This document shows positions 29,013 through 40,704 of a DNA stretch of 64,000 nucleotides, one piece after another (position 1 is the stretch's first letter; each line of letters begins with the position of its first letter). The notes below the pieces were generated by a model. That model was given only the letters and a program-made list of their open reading frames with translations. It did no database searches and was not told the DNA's origin. Where the stretch lies: NCBI RefSeq assembly GCF_988243305.1, contig NZ_OZ547136.1; one strand, written 5' to 3'. Both the position numbers and the translations under genes were made by a program.

Positions 29013-29078
29013 AGATTTAACCGGCCATCTGAGATGGCCGACAGGTTAACATAATTACAGCCATTTAGGGCCACGCGC

Positions 29079-29774
29079 TTATCCCGCGGGTGAAAACGCA
29101 TCTATCACCTTGTGATCGACACCTTCATTCTCCCCCGCCAGTTCGGCACTGAGCTTCGCCATAAACTCGACTAAAAAATGCGCGTTGTGCTGCGCCAGCT
29201 GCTTGCCTCTTGCGGTTTGCATGGTTTGCGGTAGCTTCAGCAACTTAGTCTGGAAATGATCCAGCGCGTAGCGTTTATCATCAAGCGGGCGATGCTGTGC
29301 GAACGGATCTTCACCATCAAACAGCGCCACGCCCAATGCCCCTGAAACGGCAAACACGCGCGCCAGGCCAATCGCCCCCAGGGCTTCCAGCCGATCCGCA
29401 TCCTGGACGATTTTAGCTTCCGTTGTTAAGGGGGCGATTTGCGCGCTGAAACTGTGAGCGGCAATGGCATGACAAACGGCCTCGATTTTCTCCGCCGGAA
29501 ATTGCTCGAACTCTTCACGGAGCAGGCGACGCGTCTCTTCTGCCGCCAGGATTGAAGAACGCTGCCTTTGCGGATGATTTTTCGCCAGGCTCACAATATC
29601 GTGAAAATAACAGGCGGTTAAAATCACCAGCATATCGACATCGTCATCTGCCGCCAGCTTCTGTGCCGTAGCCCAGACGCGGCGAAAATGACACACGTCA
29701 TGGGCCGCGTCCTGGTGCTGATGATGGTTTTTCAACCAGTTTTCGAACTGTGCCTGCCAGTGTTGTAAGTCCAT
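29079..29774 (-). CDS. yedJ: HD-domain phosphohydrolase YedJ
   Basis: 231 aa with HD-domain His/Asp motifs. Confidence 0.85.
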   Translation of the reverse strand: MDLQHWQAQFENWLKNHHQHQDAAHDVCHFRRVWATAQKLAADDDVDMLVILTACYFHDIVSLAKNHPQRQRSSILAAEETRRLLREEFEQFPAEKIEAVCHAIAAHSFSAQIAPLTTEAKIVQDADRLEALGAIGLARVFAVSGALGVALFDGEDPFAQHRPLDDKRYALDHFQTKLLKLPQTMQTARGKQLAQHNAHFLVEFMAKLSAELAGENEGVDHKVIDAFSPAG

Positions 29775-29829
29775 ACGCGCTCCGTTGCCAAAGAGTCGCC
29801 ACCTTAGCAGTTTTTATTCATAGCGTCTG

Positions 29830-30198
29830 CTACGTGCGGGACGAGGTCGGGTGTACCAGGCAATGCTGCCTAACAATGCCCCGACCAGAGCCATAAATAA
29901 AAATCCGACCAGTGCCCCTAACCACTTTCCCGCGGTAGAGCCTAAATCGCTTTTCAAATCCCGACACCGGGGCATCAGGGATCCGGCTCATCACCCAGAT
30001 GTAACGCGCCATTGCCCAGACGAAATAGCCACACCATGTATAGAAAGCCCACAAAGCCAATTTGCCGCCAGGGCTGCGAGAGAGTCTCTCTTCCATCTTT
30101 GTCGAACCGTATTCCATTTTGAGATAACCCGGAAAATTCAGACATAGTACTATTATGTGATAAAAGTCACATTTTTCCACATTGGATGAGCCAGTCAA
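29830..30198 (-). CDS. yedR: Putative inner-membrane protein YedR (start uncertain; an internal ATG at 30117 is possible)
   Basis: 122-aa ORF with the hydrophobic segment KLALWAFYTWCGYFVWAMARYIWV, in the yedR position between yedJ and the porin. Confidence 0.6.
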   Translation of the reverse strand: MTGSSNVEKCDFYHIIVLCLNFPGYLKMEYGSTKMEERLSRSPGGKLALWAFYTWCGYFVWAMARYIWVMSRIPDAPVSGFEKRFRLYRGKVVRGTGRIFIYGSGRGIVRQHCLVHPTSSRT

Positions 30199-30343
30199 GA
30201 CTCAATCATTTTTTGAACAAATAGATAAATTTTGCGCAACGGCAATAATTACTGGAAAAACAGCAATAAAGATTTATTTATATCCTTGGTAATAGTTTTA
30301 TTAATTCACCCAAACAATATATTAGCACTGAATACAATTATAC

Positions 30344-30434
30344 CTTTTTTGATTTCTGTGTCATGATAACCCCGTTATTAGCCTTTTATCGTCTTGTTTA
30401 TATTTTTTGGGCCGGCATGATGCCGGCTTTTTTT
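30344..30434 (+). ncRNA. rseX: Candidate small RNA, probably RseX; only the 3' end is defined
   Basis: Strong plus-strand intrinsic terminator (gggccggcatgatgccggc plus 7 T, 30409-30434) with no plus-strand protein gene upstream; RseX is recalled to lie between yedR and yedS in K-12; the 5' end is a guess. Confidence 0.4.
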
Positions 30435-30745
30435 ATACCTTCATTAATGTGCGCGTGATCACGCCTGCCGTTTGGCGCAACAATCATTGATACTCCCTAT
30501 CTTTCCATTCAACTCATAACATATTGATATACATTTATAATTTTCATGAATGTTTATATTTAGAATTCATAATTCTGAATTATATTAAATAGATTAGAAA
30601 CATTTTGAAATCTTTTAAATACATTTGTTACATGTAATCCTTAAAATAAAATGAACTTCATAGAATAGTATCCAAATGTGCTTTTTTTTGGATAACGGCA
30701 CTTATTGATATATTCATGAAGATTATAATCACAAGGGAATACATA

Positions 30746-31933
30746 ATGAAAAGAAAAGTTCTGGCAATGCTGGTCCCGGCGTTATTAGTTGCTGGCGCAG
30801 CAAATGCGGCTGAAGTCTATAATAAAGATGGTAATAAACTGGATTTGTACGGAAAAGTAGCGGGCCTGCACTACTTCTCTGATGATGCTGGCAGCGATGG
30901 CGACATGTCATATGCCCGTATCGGTTTCAAAGGTGAAACTCAGATCGCTGACCAATTCACTGGTTATGGTCAGTGGGAATTTAACATTGGCGCAAACGGT
31001 CCTGAAAGCGACAAAGGTAATACCGCAACGCGTCTGGCATTTGCAGGTTTAGGCTTTGGTCAGAATGGTACTTTCGACTATGGTCGTAACTACGGTGTCG
31101 TATATGACATCGAAGCATGGACCGATATGCTGCCAGAATTTGGTGGCGATACCTATGCTGGTGCCGACAACTTCATGAACGGTCGTGCTAATGGTGTTGC
31201 AACCTACCGTAACAATGGCTTCTTTGGTCAGGTCGATGGCCTGAACTTTGCTCTGCAATATCAGGGTAATAATGAAGATGATGGATTATTCGGTCAGGAA
31301 GGTTCTGGTAACGGTAATGGCCGTAAGTTAGCTAAAGAGAACGGCGACGGCTTCGGTATGTCCACTTCCTATGACTTTGACTTTGGTTTAAGTCTGGGCG
31401 CTGCTTACTCTAACTCTGACCGTACCGACAATCAGGTTCACAAAGGTACTCATAACACTCGTTATGGAGATCGCTTCGATGCAACTGCTGGCGGTGAAAC
31501 AGCAGAAGCATGGACCGTTGGTGCTAAATACGACGCTAATAACGTTTACTTAGCAGCTATGTATGCTGAAACCCGTAACATGACTGGTTACGGTGATGCT
31601 GATGCGATCGCTAACAAAACCCAAAACTTTGAAGTTGTTGCTCAGTATCAGTTCGACTTCGGTCTGCGCCCGTCCATCGCTTACCTGCAATCTAAAGGTA
31701 AGGATTTAGGCGGTGTAAATAGTGATAACTTCGACAGCCAGGGCAATCATCATTACACCAACAAAGATCTGGTTAAATATGTTGATATTGGTATGACCTA
31801 CTACTTCAACAAAAACATTTCCACCTACGTTGATTACAAAATCAACCTGCTGGACAACGACGACGACTTCTACAAAGAAAACGGCATCGCTACCGATGAT
31901 ATCGTAGCTGTGGGCTTAGTCTACCAGTTCTAA
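30746..31933 (+). CDS. OmpC/OmpF-family general porin, apparently intact (yedS-like)
   Basis: Signal peptide [21 protein letters not shown], then [16 protein letters not shown] and C-terminal ...VAVGLVYQF, hallmarks of enterobacterial 16-strand porins; the track ORF starts 30 nt upstream. Confidence 0.9.
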   Translation: MKRKVLAMLVPALLVAGAANAAEVYNKDGNKLDLYGKVAGLHYFSDDAGSDGDMSYARIGFKGETQIADQFTGYGQWEFNIGANGPESDKGNTATRLAFAGLGFGQNGTFDYGRNYGVVYDIEAWTDMLPEFGGDTYAGADNFMNGRANGVATYRNNGFFGQVDGLNFALQYQGNNEDDGLFGQEGSGNGNGRKLAKENGDGFGMSTSYDFDFGLSLGAAYSNSDRTDNQVHKGTHNTRYGDRFDATAGGETAEAWTVGAKYDANNVYLAAMYAETRNMTGYGDADAIANKTQNFEVVAQYQFDFGLRPSIAYLQSKGKDLGGVNSDNFDSQGNHHYTNKDLVKYVDIGMTYYFNKNISTYVDYKINLLDNDDDFYKENGIATDDIVAVGLVYQF

Positions 31934-31977
31934 TCAGCCAACGCGCCGCGGCGTGTTACTGTAAAACTTAACAATAG

Positions 31978-32013
31978 CCTGAGTTCGTCCCTCATCGAAC
32001 TCAGGCTTTTTTA
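31978..32013 (+). terminator. Rho-independent terminator of the porin gene
   Basis: Hairpin cctgagttcg...cgaactcagg followed by CTTTTTTATT. Confidence 0.7.
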
Positions 32014-32525
32014 TTGGCATTTCATCTCCATCTGTGGCACACGCAATTGCCAAAGCATATCGATACAGCACATTACCCCGCCACTCCTGGCTCAATAAAA
32101 TCTACCAGCGTCTCTTCCAGCCAACACCCAAATGCATTTCTTTATGAATTAATCCGCAACAAAACCGCCGTCCATATAGAAATATTTGCAAAAATAGTGC
32201 ATGAAAAAAGCTTTTTCTCTGCCAATCCGGGATATAAATATTCATCAGCACCATAATATTCCACATCACTAAATCTCTCCCCATCGCCCCCAAACCTCTG
32301 ATAATGGTCTAAAATCATTGAGGCCACTTGCGACGACGTTACTCAATAAGGAAAGTTTGGCGTGAATAATATTCAACACCAGTGCAGCATCATCATTACA
32401 TACTTATGCCCGCCAACTACCGCTTTCGATATATTGACTCAATTTTTCAGCCTGGTTAAAAATAGCGACCAGCTCAGTCGCAAATATAGTGACTACCCTA
32501 ACTAAGCAACAATAAGGAATACACT

Positions 32526-33377
32526 ATGACTGTTCAAACAAGTAAAAATCCGCAGGTCGATATTGCTGAAGATAATGCCTTCTTCCCTTCAGAATATTCG
32601 CTTAGCCAATATACCAGTCCTGTCTCTGATCTTGATGGCGTGGACTATCCAAAACCGTATCGCGGTAAACATAAAATTCTGGTGATCGCCGCGGACGAAC
32701 GTTATTTGCCGACCGATAACGGGAAACTGTTCTCGACCGGTAACCATCCGATTGAAACGTTGCTGCCGTTGTATCATCTCCATGCTGCAGGTTTCGAATT
32801 CGAAGTGGCGACCATTTCCGGTCTGATGACCAAGTTTGAATACTGGGCTATGCCGCACAAAGATGAAAAAGTAATGCCATTCTTTGAGCAGCATAAATCG
32901 ATGTTCCGCAATCCGAAGAAACTCGCGGATGTTGTCGCCAGCCTCAACGCTGACAGCGAATATGCAGCAATCTTTGTTCCTGGTGGTCATGGCGCACTTA
33001 TTGGTTTACCAGAAAGCCAGGACGTGGCTGCCGCTTTACAGTGGGCAATAAAAAATGACCGTTTTGTTATCTCCCTTTGCCACGGCCCGGCGGCTTTTCT
33101 GGCGCTTCGCCACGGCGATAACCCACTGAATGGTTATTCCATTTGCGCATTCCCAGACGCCGCAGACAAACAAACGCCAGAGATAGGCTATATGTCGGGT
33201 CATCTCACCTGGTACTTCGGCGAAGAACTGAAGAAAATGGGCATGAACATCATTAATGACGACATCACCGGGCGAGTACATAAGGACCGTAAACTTCTCA
33301 CCAGCGACAGTCCTATCGCAGCGAATGCGTTGGGTAAACTGGCGGCGCAGGAAATGCTGGCCGCTTACGCGGGTTAA
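32526..33377 (+). CDS. hchA: Hsp31 chaperone/glyoxalase III
   Basis: 283 aa MTVQTSKNPQVDIAEDNAFFPSEYSLSQYTSPVSDLDGVDYPKPYRGKHKILVIAADERYLP...; DJ-1/PfpI family with the catalytic Cys in the SLCHGP motif. Confidence 0.92.
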   Translation: MTVQTSKNPQVDIAEDNAFFPSEYSLSQYTSPVSDLDGVDYPKPYRGKHKILVIAADERYLPTDNGKLFSTGNHPIETLLPLYHLHAAGFEFEVATISGLMTKFEYWAMPHKDEKVMPFFEQHKSMFRNPKKLADVVASLNADSEYAAIFVPGGHGALIGLPESQDVAAALQWAIKNDRFVISLCHGPAAFLALRHGDNPLNGYSICAFPDAADKQTPEIGYMSGHLTWYFGEELKKMGMNIINDDITGRVHKDRKLLTSDSPIAANALGKLAAQEMLAAYAG

Positions 33378-33413
33378 TCCCTGTTACGTTTGAATGTAAG
33401 CGCATAATCAATC

Positions 33414-33451
33414 GCAGCCACGTTAATACTCACGACGTGGCTGCGTTTTTT
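33414..33451 (+). terminator. Rho-independent terminator after hchA
   Basis: Hairpin gcagccacg...cgtggctgc followed by a T-run. Confidence 0.65.
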
Positions 33452-33484
33452 CATGGTTAATTTATGGCGTACTGAAGCCCTATG

Positions 33485-34843
33485 TTAATTTCTTTGCGGT
33501 AACGTAATCCGGAACACATTATGCTTATTGAGATAGTGATACGTAGCACTTCCCCCATGCAATTCGGCAATCGCTTTGACTAAAGAAAGACCAAGTCCCT
33601 GACCTACGGAATGACGCGAATTATCTCCCCGCCAAAATCTACGGAAGAGTTTTTCAGGCTCATTAATTTTCGTTCCAGGACTGGCGATATCAATATTAAG
33701 AGAACCGTTGTTATCAAGAAAACTGGTTATCTGAATACGCGATTTTTCTGGCGAATATCGAATGGCGTTAACAATAAGATTCGATAACATTCGTTGCAGT
33801 AAAATTTTATCCGCAAAGATTTGTTGATTGCACTCGACCTTAAAACGAATCTCTTTCTCGTCTGAAAGATATTCAAGATAGTCCAAAAGATTTTCAACTT
33901 CCTTATTGAGAGAAAGCGCATCCAGTTTCACCAAAACATTGTTTTTGTCTGCCCTGGCAAGAAACAGTATATTCTCTGTTAACCGCGAAATATTTTCCAG
34001 CTCTTCAATGTTTCCGGCAATTGTTTTTTGATATTCAGCGATACTTCTGGTTTGACTGAGCGTAACCTGATTCTGACCCAGTAATGCATTAATTGGTGTT
34101 CTAAGTTCATGAGCGAGATCGTCAGCAAACTGACTTAGACGCTCAAAATCTTTGACTAAAGCATGATGCATTTTATTCAACGCCTGCCCAAGAGGTTTTA
34201 GTTCTCTCGGTAATGCGCTAACCTCAACAGGCTCCCGGTTATCGTTATAATTCAGCGCTTCCGTTACACCACTCAACTTTTTGATCTCTCGTAACCCCGT
34301 TCTGATTAACAACGGACTTAATACTGAGCACAGTATAATGGCGACAATGCAAATTATAATGCTATTAATTTTATACTGTTCAAGCATGTTATGTCTGGCT
34401 GAAGCCAATTTAGCCACAGTAACCGTTAATGATGGCGAAACTTCATCAATATTAATTCGTAAAGCATCTATCTCTGTGTCATTAATAATGCTTCTGTAAA
34501 TGCCAGCTGCGCTAATTGTCTCACTAGCAGGTATGTTATTTAACATGCCATCACTGACATTTGTCCGGTTAACAATTTTATTGATGCCATCACCATGAAT
34601 GATCAAGATATCCTGACTAACATCCATCATCCGGTTAAAGTACACAGGTAACGTATCTGGATTTACCCCATCAATTAACAACTGCTTGATCTGCGCTGTC
34701 CGGTTAATGAGTGTTGTATCATCGCGCCATTTCAACTCACTTGCCAGGCCATTATAGAGAGTCCAGACAATTCCAGCGCCAGCAACAGACAGCAGCAATA
34801 TAAAAAGCAAGGTTAAACGGACGGTTATAGATAATCTTTTCAT
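33485..34843 (-). CDS. hprS: Two-component sensor histidine kinase HprS (YedV)
   Basis: 452 aa, two TM segments, H-box LAHELRTP, ATPase G-boxes. Confidence 0.9.
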   Translation of the reverse strand: MKRLSITVRLTLLFILLLSVAGAGIVWTLYNGLASELKWRDDTTLINRTAQIKQLLIDGVNPDTLPVYFNRMMDVSQDILIIHGDGINKIVNRTNVSDGMLNNIPASETISAAGIYRSIINDTEIDALRINIDEVSPSLTVTVAKLASARHNMLEQYKINSIIICIVAIILCSVLSPLLIRTGLREIKKLSGVTEALNYNDNREPVEVSALPRELKPLGQALNKMHHALVKDFERLSQFADDLAHELRTPINALLGQNQVTLSQTRSIAEYQKTIAGNIEELENISRLTENILFLARADKNNVLVKLDALSLNKEVENLLDYLEYLSDEKEIRFKVECNQQIFADKILLQRMLSNLIVNAIRYSPEKSRIQITSFLDNNGSLNIDIASPGTKINEPEKLFRRFWRGDNSRHSVGQGLGLSLVKAIAELHGGSATYHYLNKHNVFRITLPQRN

Positions 34844-35514
34844 TATTTTTTTACCGCTACGAATGAATAGCCCATCCCCCGGATTGTGGCGATTAGCTTT
34901 TCAGGAAAAGGATCATCAACTTTTGCGCGGAGCCTGCGAATGGCGACGTCCACCGTATTGGTATCACTATCAAAGTTGATTCCCCAAATTTCACTCGCAA
35001 TAACCGTTCTGGGGATAATCTCGCCAGCTCTGGAGGCCAGTAGCCAAAGTAACTGAAACTCCTTGCGCGTCAGTGTAATACTGATATTGTCCCTGCTCAC
35101 ACTTTGACTAACAGAGTCCATTCTTAAGCCGCTGATTTCTAATGATGAATTCAGAGCGTGATGTTGCCTTAATTGTGCCCGAACCCTTGCCAGCAACTCA
35201 GAAAATGAAAAAGGTTTTACCAGATAATCATTTGCTCCACTGTCCAGCCCTCTGACTCTGTCATCGACAGAATCCCTTGCAGTAAGGCAAATAACAGGGG
35301 TTTGCTTTGCCGTTCTTAACGTTTGTAAGATCTGCCAGCCATCCATACCCGGAAGCATAATATCCAGAATGATCAATGCATAATCATCCTTCAGCGCAAG
35401 ATAAAGCCCATCTCTGCCATCTGAAACGGCATCAATGACATAACCCGCTTCGGAAAGCCCCTGCGTTACCCATTCCTGGGTCCTTTGATTATCTTCAATA
35501 AGTAGAATCTTCAT
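34843..35514 (-). CDS. hprR: OmpR-family response regulator HprR (YedW)
   Basis: 223 aa from MKILLIEDNQRTQEWVTQGL...; the track ORF is extended upstream. Confidence 0.9.
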   Translation of the reverse strand: MKILLIEDNQRTQEWVTQGLSEAGYVIDAVSDGRDGLYLALKDDYALIILDIMLPGMDGWQILQTLRTAKQTPVICLTARDSVDDRVRGLDSGANDYLVKPFSFSELLARVRAQLRQHHALNSSLEISGLRMDSVSQSVSRDNISITLTRKEFQLLWLLASRAGEIIPRTVIASEIWGINFDSDTNTVDVAIRRLRAKVDDPFPEKLIATIRGMGYSFVAVKK

Positions 35515-35646
35515 GAAAATAATATGCCATAAATCATATGTTATAGAAACAGCCTGGTTCATTACAAAATTGTAATGCTGCTGTAAGGTTACCCTGGCCG
35601 TTTTTTCGCTATCCTCAAAACTCATTCACATGACAAGGATATAAAC

Positions 35647-36060
35647 ATGTTAAAGCGTTATTTAGTACTCTCCGTAGTAACGGCTGCATTTTCATTACCT
35701 TCTTTGGTTTATGCCGCACAACAAAACATTCTTAGCGTGCACATTTTGAACCAGCAAACAGGAAAACCCGCTGCCGACGTGACAGTCACTCTTGAAAAGA
35801 AAGCGGATAACGGCTGGTTACAACTTAATACCGCCAAAACAGATAAGGATGGACGAATTAAGGCACTGTGGCCCGAGCAAACTGCGACTACTGGCGATTA
35901 CCGTGTCGTATTTAAAACCGGGGACTATTTCAAGAAACAAAATCTTGAAAGTTTCTTCCCTGAGATCCCCGTTGAATTTCATATTAATAAAGTGAACGAG
36001 CATTATCATGTGCCTTTGTTACTCAGCCAATATGGGTATTCAACCTATCGTGGCAGTTAA
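35647..36060 (+). CDS. hiuH: 5-hydroxyisourate hydrolase (transthyretin-like periplasmic protein)
   Basis: 137 aa with signal peptide and the C-terminal YRGS motif typical of HIU hydrolases. Confidence 0.9.
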   Translation: MLKRYLVLSVVTAAFSLPSLVYAAQQNILSVHILNQQTGKPAADVTVTLEKKADNGWLQLNTAKTDKDGRIKALWPEQTATTGDYRVVFKTGDYFKKQNLESFFPEIPVEFHINKVNEHYHVPLLLSQYGYSTYRGS

Positions 36061-36165
36061 TGCGTAAATATGTAAAAGCTGATCTCTGCTACTGTTAGGG
36101 AGGTGACTCCCTGACAGATTAACAGTAAACGGCTCTTGTTGGCTAACGACAAAAAAGTGTGATAG

Positions 36166-37173
<1,008 letters not shown>

Positions 37174-37809
37174 ATGCGTCTGACAGCAAAACAGGTGACA
37201 TGGCTGAAAGTTTGCCTGCATCTTGCCGGATTGTTGCCGTTTCTCTGGCTGGTCTGGGTGATTAATCACGGTGGACTGGGTGCCGATCCGGTGAAAGATA
37301 TTCAGCATTTTACCGGTCGCACTGCACTGAAATTTTTGCTGGCGACCTTGTTAATCACACCTCTGGCACGCTACGCAAAACAGCCGTTATTGATACGCAC
37401 TCGCCGCCTGTTAGGATTATGGTGCTTTGCCTGGGCGACACTGCATTTAACCAGTTACGCATTGCTGGAGCTGGGCGTGAATAATCTGGCGTTATTAGGT
37501 AAGGAGTTAATTACCCGGCCTTATTTAACGTTAGGAATTATCAGCTGGGTTATTTTGCTTGCTTTAGCGTTCACTTCAACCCAGTCGATGCAGCGAAAAC
37601 TCGGCAAACACTGGCAACAGTTGCATAACTTCGTCTATCTTGTCGCGATCCTGGCCCCAATACATTATCTGTGGTCAGTGAAGATTATTTCACCGCAGCC
37701 ACTCATCTACGCTGGGCTGGCTGTACTGCTTTTAGCCTTACGGTATAAGAAGTTGCTTTCCCTTTTCAACCGGTTACGCAAGCAGGCCCACAACAAATTA
37801 TCTCTATAA
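37174..37809 (+). CDS. msrQ: Heme-binding membrane subunit MsrQ (YedZ)
   Basis: 211-aa polytopic membrane protein immediately after msrP. Confidence 0.9.
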   Translation: MRLTAKQVTWLKVCLHLAGLLPFLWLVWVINHGGLGADPVKDIQHFTGRTALKFLLATLLITPLARYAKQPLLIRTRRLLGLWCFAWATLHLTSYALLELGVNNLALLGKELITRPYLTLGIISWVILLALAFTSTQSMQRKLGKHWQQLHNFVYLVAILAPIHYLWSVKIISPQPLIYAGLAVLLLALRYKKLLSLFNRLRKQAHNKLSL

Positions 37810-37837
37810 CTTCATATTGCCGACAAACTTCGCGTTA

Positions 37838-37875
37838 TCCCGGCCGGATGCGGCGCGAGCTCCCTATCCGGCCCA
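37838..37875. repeat. REP (repetitive extragenic palindromic) element
   Basis: GCCGGATGCGGCGCGAGCTCCCTATCCGGCC resembles the E. coli REP consensus, in the msrQ-zinT intergenic region. Confidence 0.6.
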
Positions 37876-38011
37876 CACAGATCGCATCAAGTTATGTTTC
37901 GTTTGTCATCAACCTTTCATCACCAGAATAATTTATTTTATTTCAATAAGATAGTTCAATACACCTGAGAATACCATGCTCTCATTTCCTAATGAGTTGT
38001 TGCATTTTTTC

Positions 38012-38030
38012 ATATGTTACAATATAACAT
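38012..38030 (+). promoter_or_regulatory. Zur box in the zinT promoter
   Basis: Near-perfect palindrome ATGTTACAATATAACAT about 40 nt upstream of zinT, matching the Zur operator pattern. Confidence 0.7.
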
Positions 38031-38066
38031 TACACATCATGTACATTAACTCTGGAGGAAATTGTT

Positions 38067-38717
38067 TTGGCGATTCGTCTTCATAAACTGGCTGTTGCTT
38101 TAGGTGTCTTTATTGTTAGCGCTCCTGCCTTTTCGCATGGTCATCATTCTCATGGCAAACCCTTAACAGAGGTCGAACAAAAAGCTGCTAATGGTGTTTT
38201 TGATGATACCAATGTACAAAACCGAACGCTCAGTGACTGGGATGGAGTCTGGCAATCCGTTTACCCTTTACTGCAAAGTGGCAAACTTGATCCCGTCTTT
38301 CAGAAGAAAGCGGATGCAGATAAAACCAAAACATTTGCTGAAATTAAAGATTATTATCGCAAAGGTTATGCGACAGATATCGAAATGATTGGCATTGAGG
38401 ACGGCATTGTCGAATTCCATAGAAATAATGAAACAACATCCTGTAAATATGATTACGATGGATACAAAATACTCACCTATAAATCAGGCAAGAAAGGCGT
38501 TCGTTACTTATTCGAATGTAAAGATCCTGAAAGCAAAGCCCCTAAATATATACAATTTAGCGATCATATAATTGCACCACGAAAATCATCTCATTTTCAC
38601 ATTTTTATGGGTAATGATACCCAACAGTCTTTATTGAATGAAATGGAAAACTGGCCAACGTATTATCCCTATCAGTTGAGTAGCGAAGAAGTGGTCGAGG
38701 AGATGATGTCTCATTGA
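38067..38717 (+). CDS. zinT: Periplasmic zinc/cadmium-binding protein ZinT (YodA); TTG start
   Basis: 216 aa [47 protein letters not shown]... with His-rich metal-binding N-terminus. Confidence 0.92.
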   Translation: MAIRLHKLAVALGVFIVSAPAFSHGHHSHGKPLTEVEQKAANGVFDDTNVQNRTLSDWDGVWQSVYPLLQSGKLDPVFQKKADADKTKTFAEIKDYYRKGYATDIEMIGIEDGIVEFHRNNETTSCKYDYDGYKILTYKSGKKGVRYLFECKDPESKAPKYIQFSDHIIAPRKSSHFHIFMGNDTQQSLLNEMENWPTYYPYQLSSEEVVEEMMSH

Positions 38718-38805
38718 TTTTTTTGCGCTGACTTCAGTTATTTAACAGAACAGTGCCTGGTAGTAACAACAATAATTTACCAAGACAAATAAGTAAGACA
38801 AACTC

Positions 38806-38838
38806 AGACACGCTCATACTTGAGTCGTGTCTTTTTTA
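38806..38838 (+). terminator. Rho-independent terminator downstream of zinT
   Basis: Hairpin gacacg...cgtgtc followed by TTTTTTATT. Confidence 0.55.
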
Positions 38839-39386
38839 TTATGTCTGTAGAAAAAAACTGCGAAAAAGGCGAACAATAAATACACAACTCAGCCATACAG
38901 ACTAGCAGCGCAAATGTTTCCAGGAGCAAGTCATCTGTCATGGTAAAACTAACCATAAATATAGGTTAATTTTGATGTTTAAACCTTTTTTACTTGTTAG
39001 TATGATACAAAGGCTTTCAAAAAAGCTGGGAAATTCAACAACTCTTGGAAATTATGGACTTTGTCCCGCAGCTTTAATCTGACGGCCGCGTTCCTTTTTT
39101 GGCTCAATTATTGACCCCTTCTCTACGCAACTTCAGTTCCCGCCAGCAACTTTGCGGCAGTTTCATAGGATCAATGTCTAAAAGAATAATGGTGACCGAT
39201 AAGAAAACGACTGAATAACTGTAGATTTTCGCTCGAAACCTTCCTGTCAGACCCATAGCGAATCAAGTGCTGAATGTCACAGTATCGAACAGAAAACAGT
39301 GACGATCTAACCCTTCAAGAATATTCTACGAATGTTCTGTTTAGGAAAAGCAAGGCGGGAAGTCGAGAGATAAGTCATTGATAAAG

Positions 39387-39476
39387 TGGCGGAGAGAGGG
39401 GGATTTGAACCCCCGGTAGAGTTGCCCCTACTCCGGTTTTCGAGACCGGTCCGTTCAGCCGCTCCGGCATCTCTCC
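39387..39476 (-). tRNA. serU: tRNA-Ser (anticodon CGA)
   Basis: Minus-strand GGAGAGATGCCGGAGCGGCTGAACGGACCGGTCTCGAAAACCGG...GGGGGTTCAAATCCCCCTCTCTCCGCCA with long variable arm and CGA in the anticodon loop. Confidence 0.9.
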
Positions 39477-39569
39477 GTTCAGATGGTTGCCATGATGCCA
39501 GGAAATTTGGCATTTTAACAGTCCCTGTCCGTGCAATTTTGTTCAAGTGACGAGTTTGCGAGCAAAACG

Positions 39570-40367
39570 ATGATTAAGTGGCCCTGGAAAGTACAAGAAT
39601 CAGCACATCAAACTGCCCTTCCCTGGCAGGAAGCACTATCGATCCCCCTTTTAACGTGTCTGACAGAACAGGAACAAAGCAAATTGGTCGCTCTTGCCGA
39701 ACGTTTTTTACAGCAAAAACGGCTTGTTCCTTTACAGGGCTTTGAGCTGAATTCATTAAGAAGCTGCCGGATAGCACTTCTATTTTGCCTGCCCGTTCTG
39801 GAGTTAGGACTGGAATGGCTGGATGGTTTTCATGAAGTCTTAATTTATCCTGCGCCATTTGTGGTCGATGATGAATGGGAAGACGATATCGGTCTGGTGC
39901 ATAACCAACGTATTGTTCAGTCAGGTCAGAGCTGGCAGCAAGGGCCTATCGTTTTGAACTGGTTGGATATACAAGATTCTTTTGATGCTTCTGGTTTTAA
40001 CCTGATTATTCATGAAGTCGCTCATAAGCTGGACACCCGTAACGGCGATCGCGCCAGCGGAGTTCCCTTTATTTCGTTGCGTGAGGTTGCTGGCTGGGAA
40101 CACGATCTTCATGCTGCAATGAACAACATTCAGGAAGAAATCGAATTAGTTGGTGAGAATGCGGCGAGCATTGATGCTTATGCTGCCAGTGATCCTGCTG
40201 AATGTTTTGCCGTACTTTCTGAATATTTCTTTAGCGCCCCAGAACTTTTTGCTCCTCGTTTCCCTTCATTGTGGCAACGTTTCTGTCAATTTTATCAACA
40301 AGATCCTTTGCAGAGACTGCATCACGCTAATGATACAGACTCGTTTTCGGCGACGAATGTTCATTAA
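39570..40367 (+). CDS. mtfA: Mlc titration factor A (YeeI)
   Basis: 265 aa from [29 protein letters not shown]..., with HEVAH zinc-peptidase-like motif. Confidence 0.9.
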   Translation: MIKWPWKVQESAHQTALPWQEALSIPLLTCLTEQEQSKLVALAERFLQQKRLVPLQGFELNSLRSCRIALLFCLPVLELGLEWLDGFHEVLIYPAPFVVDDEWEDDIGLVHNQRIVQSGQSWQQGPIVLNWLDIQDSFDASGFNLIIHEVAHKLDTRNGDRASGVPFISLREVAGWEHDLHAAMNNIQEEIELVGENAASIDAYAASDPAECFAVLSEYFFSAPELFAPRFPSLWQRFCQFYQQDPLQRLHHANDTDSFSATNVH

Positions 40368-40420
40368 TTAACAACTTTGCAGATTAATTAACCAATTGAA
40401 ATGGCTTATGAAATTTAGTG

Positions 40421-40449
40421 TTGACAGACAAGGTACCGCTAAGTAATAT
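40421..40449 (+). promoter_or_regulatory. Sigma-70 promoter of asnT
   Basis: TTGACA, 17-nt spacer, TAATAT, then a GC-rich discriminator (gcaccccg), about 20 nt upstream of the mature tRNA 5' end. Confidence 0.7.
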
Positions 40450-40467
40450 GCACCCCGTTCTCACGAT

Positions 40468-40543
40468 TCCTCTGTAGTTCAGTCGGTAGAACGGCGGACT
40501 GTTAATCCGTATGTCACTGGTTCGAGTCCAGTCAGAGGAGCCA
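40468..40543 (+). tRNA. asnT: tRNA-Asn (GUU); integration site of the High Pathogenicity Island
   Basis: TCCTCTGTAGTTCAGTCGGTAGAACGGCGGACTGTTAATCCGTATGTCACTGGTTCGAGTCCAGTCAGAGGAGCCA. Confidence 0.95.
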
Positions 40544-40704
40544 ATTTTCTGTTTTCTTGCATCCTTGCGAATCTTTATCTGATGTTGATTCAACAGGTTA
40601 GTGTGAAAACTCTTCTCGGTGCATTTTGATTTTACCCTACGCATCGGGAAAAATTGGTGGTCAAATCTGGGGTCAGGTTAGTTCGATAATGGAGTGACCC
40701 CCAT

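Noticed and set aside
29830-30198. Suspected frameshift pseudogene of yedR
   Set aside because: The 122-codon frame is uninterrupted from start to stop, so no frameshift is required; the alternative-frame TM segment is recorded as a low-interest finding instead.
32014-32327. Three overlapping 60-80 codon ORFs in the porin-hchA spacer
   Set aside because: AT-rich intergenic promoter region; the ORFs overlap one another on both strands and have no ribosome-binding context; most likely non-coding.
39307-39546. 79-aa minus-strand ORF
   Set aside because: Overlaps tRNA-Ser (39387-39476); a tRNA sequence read as protein.
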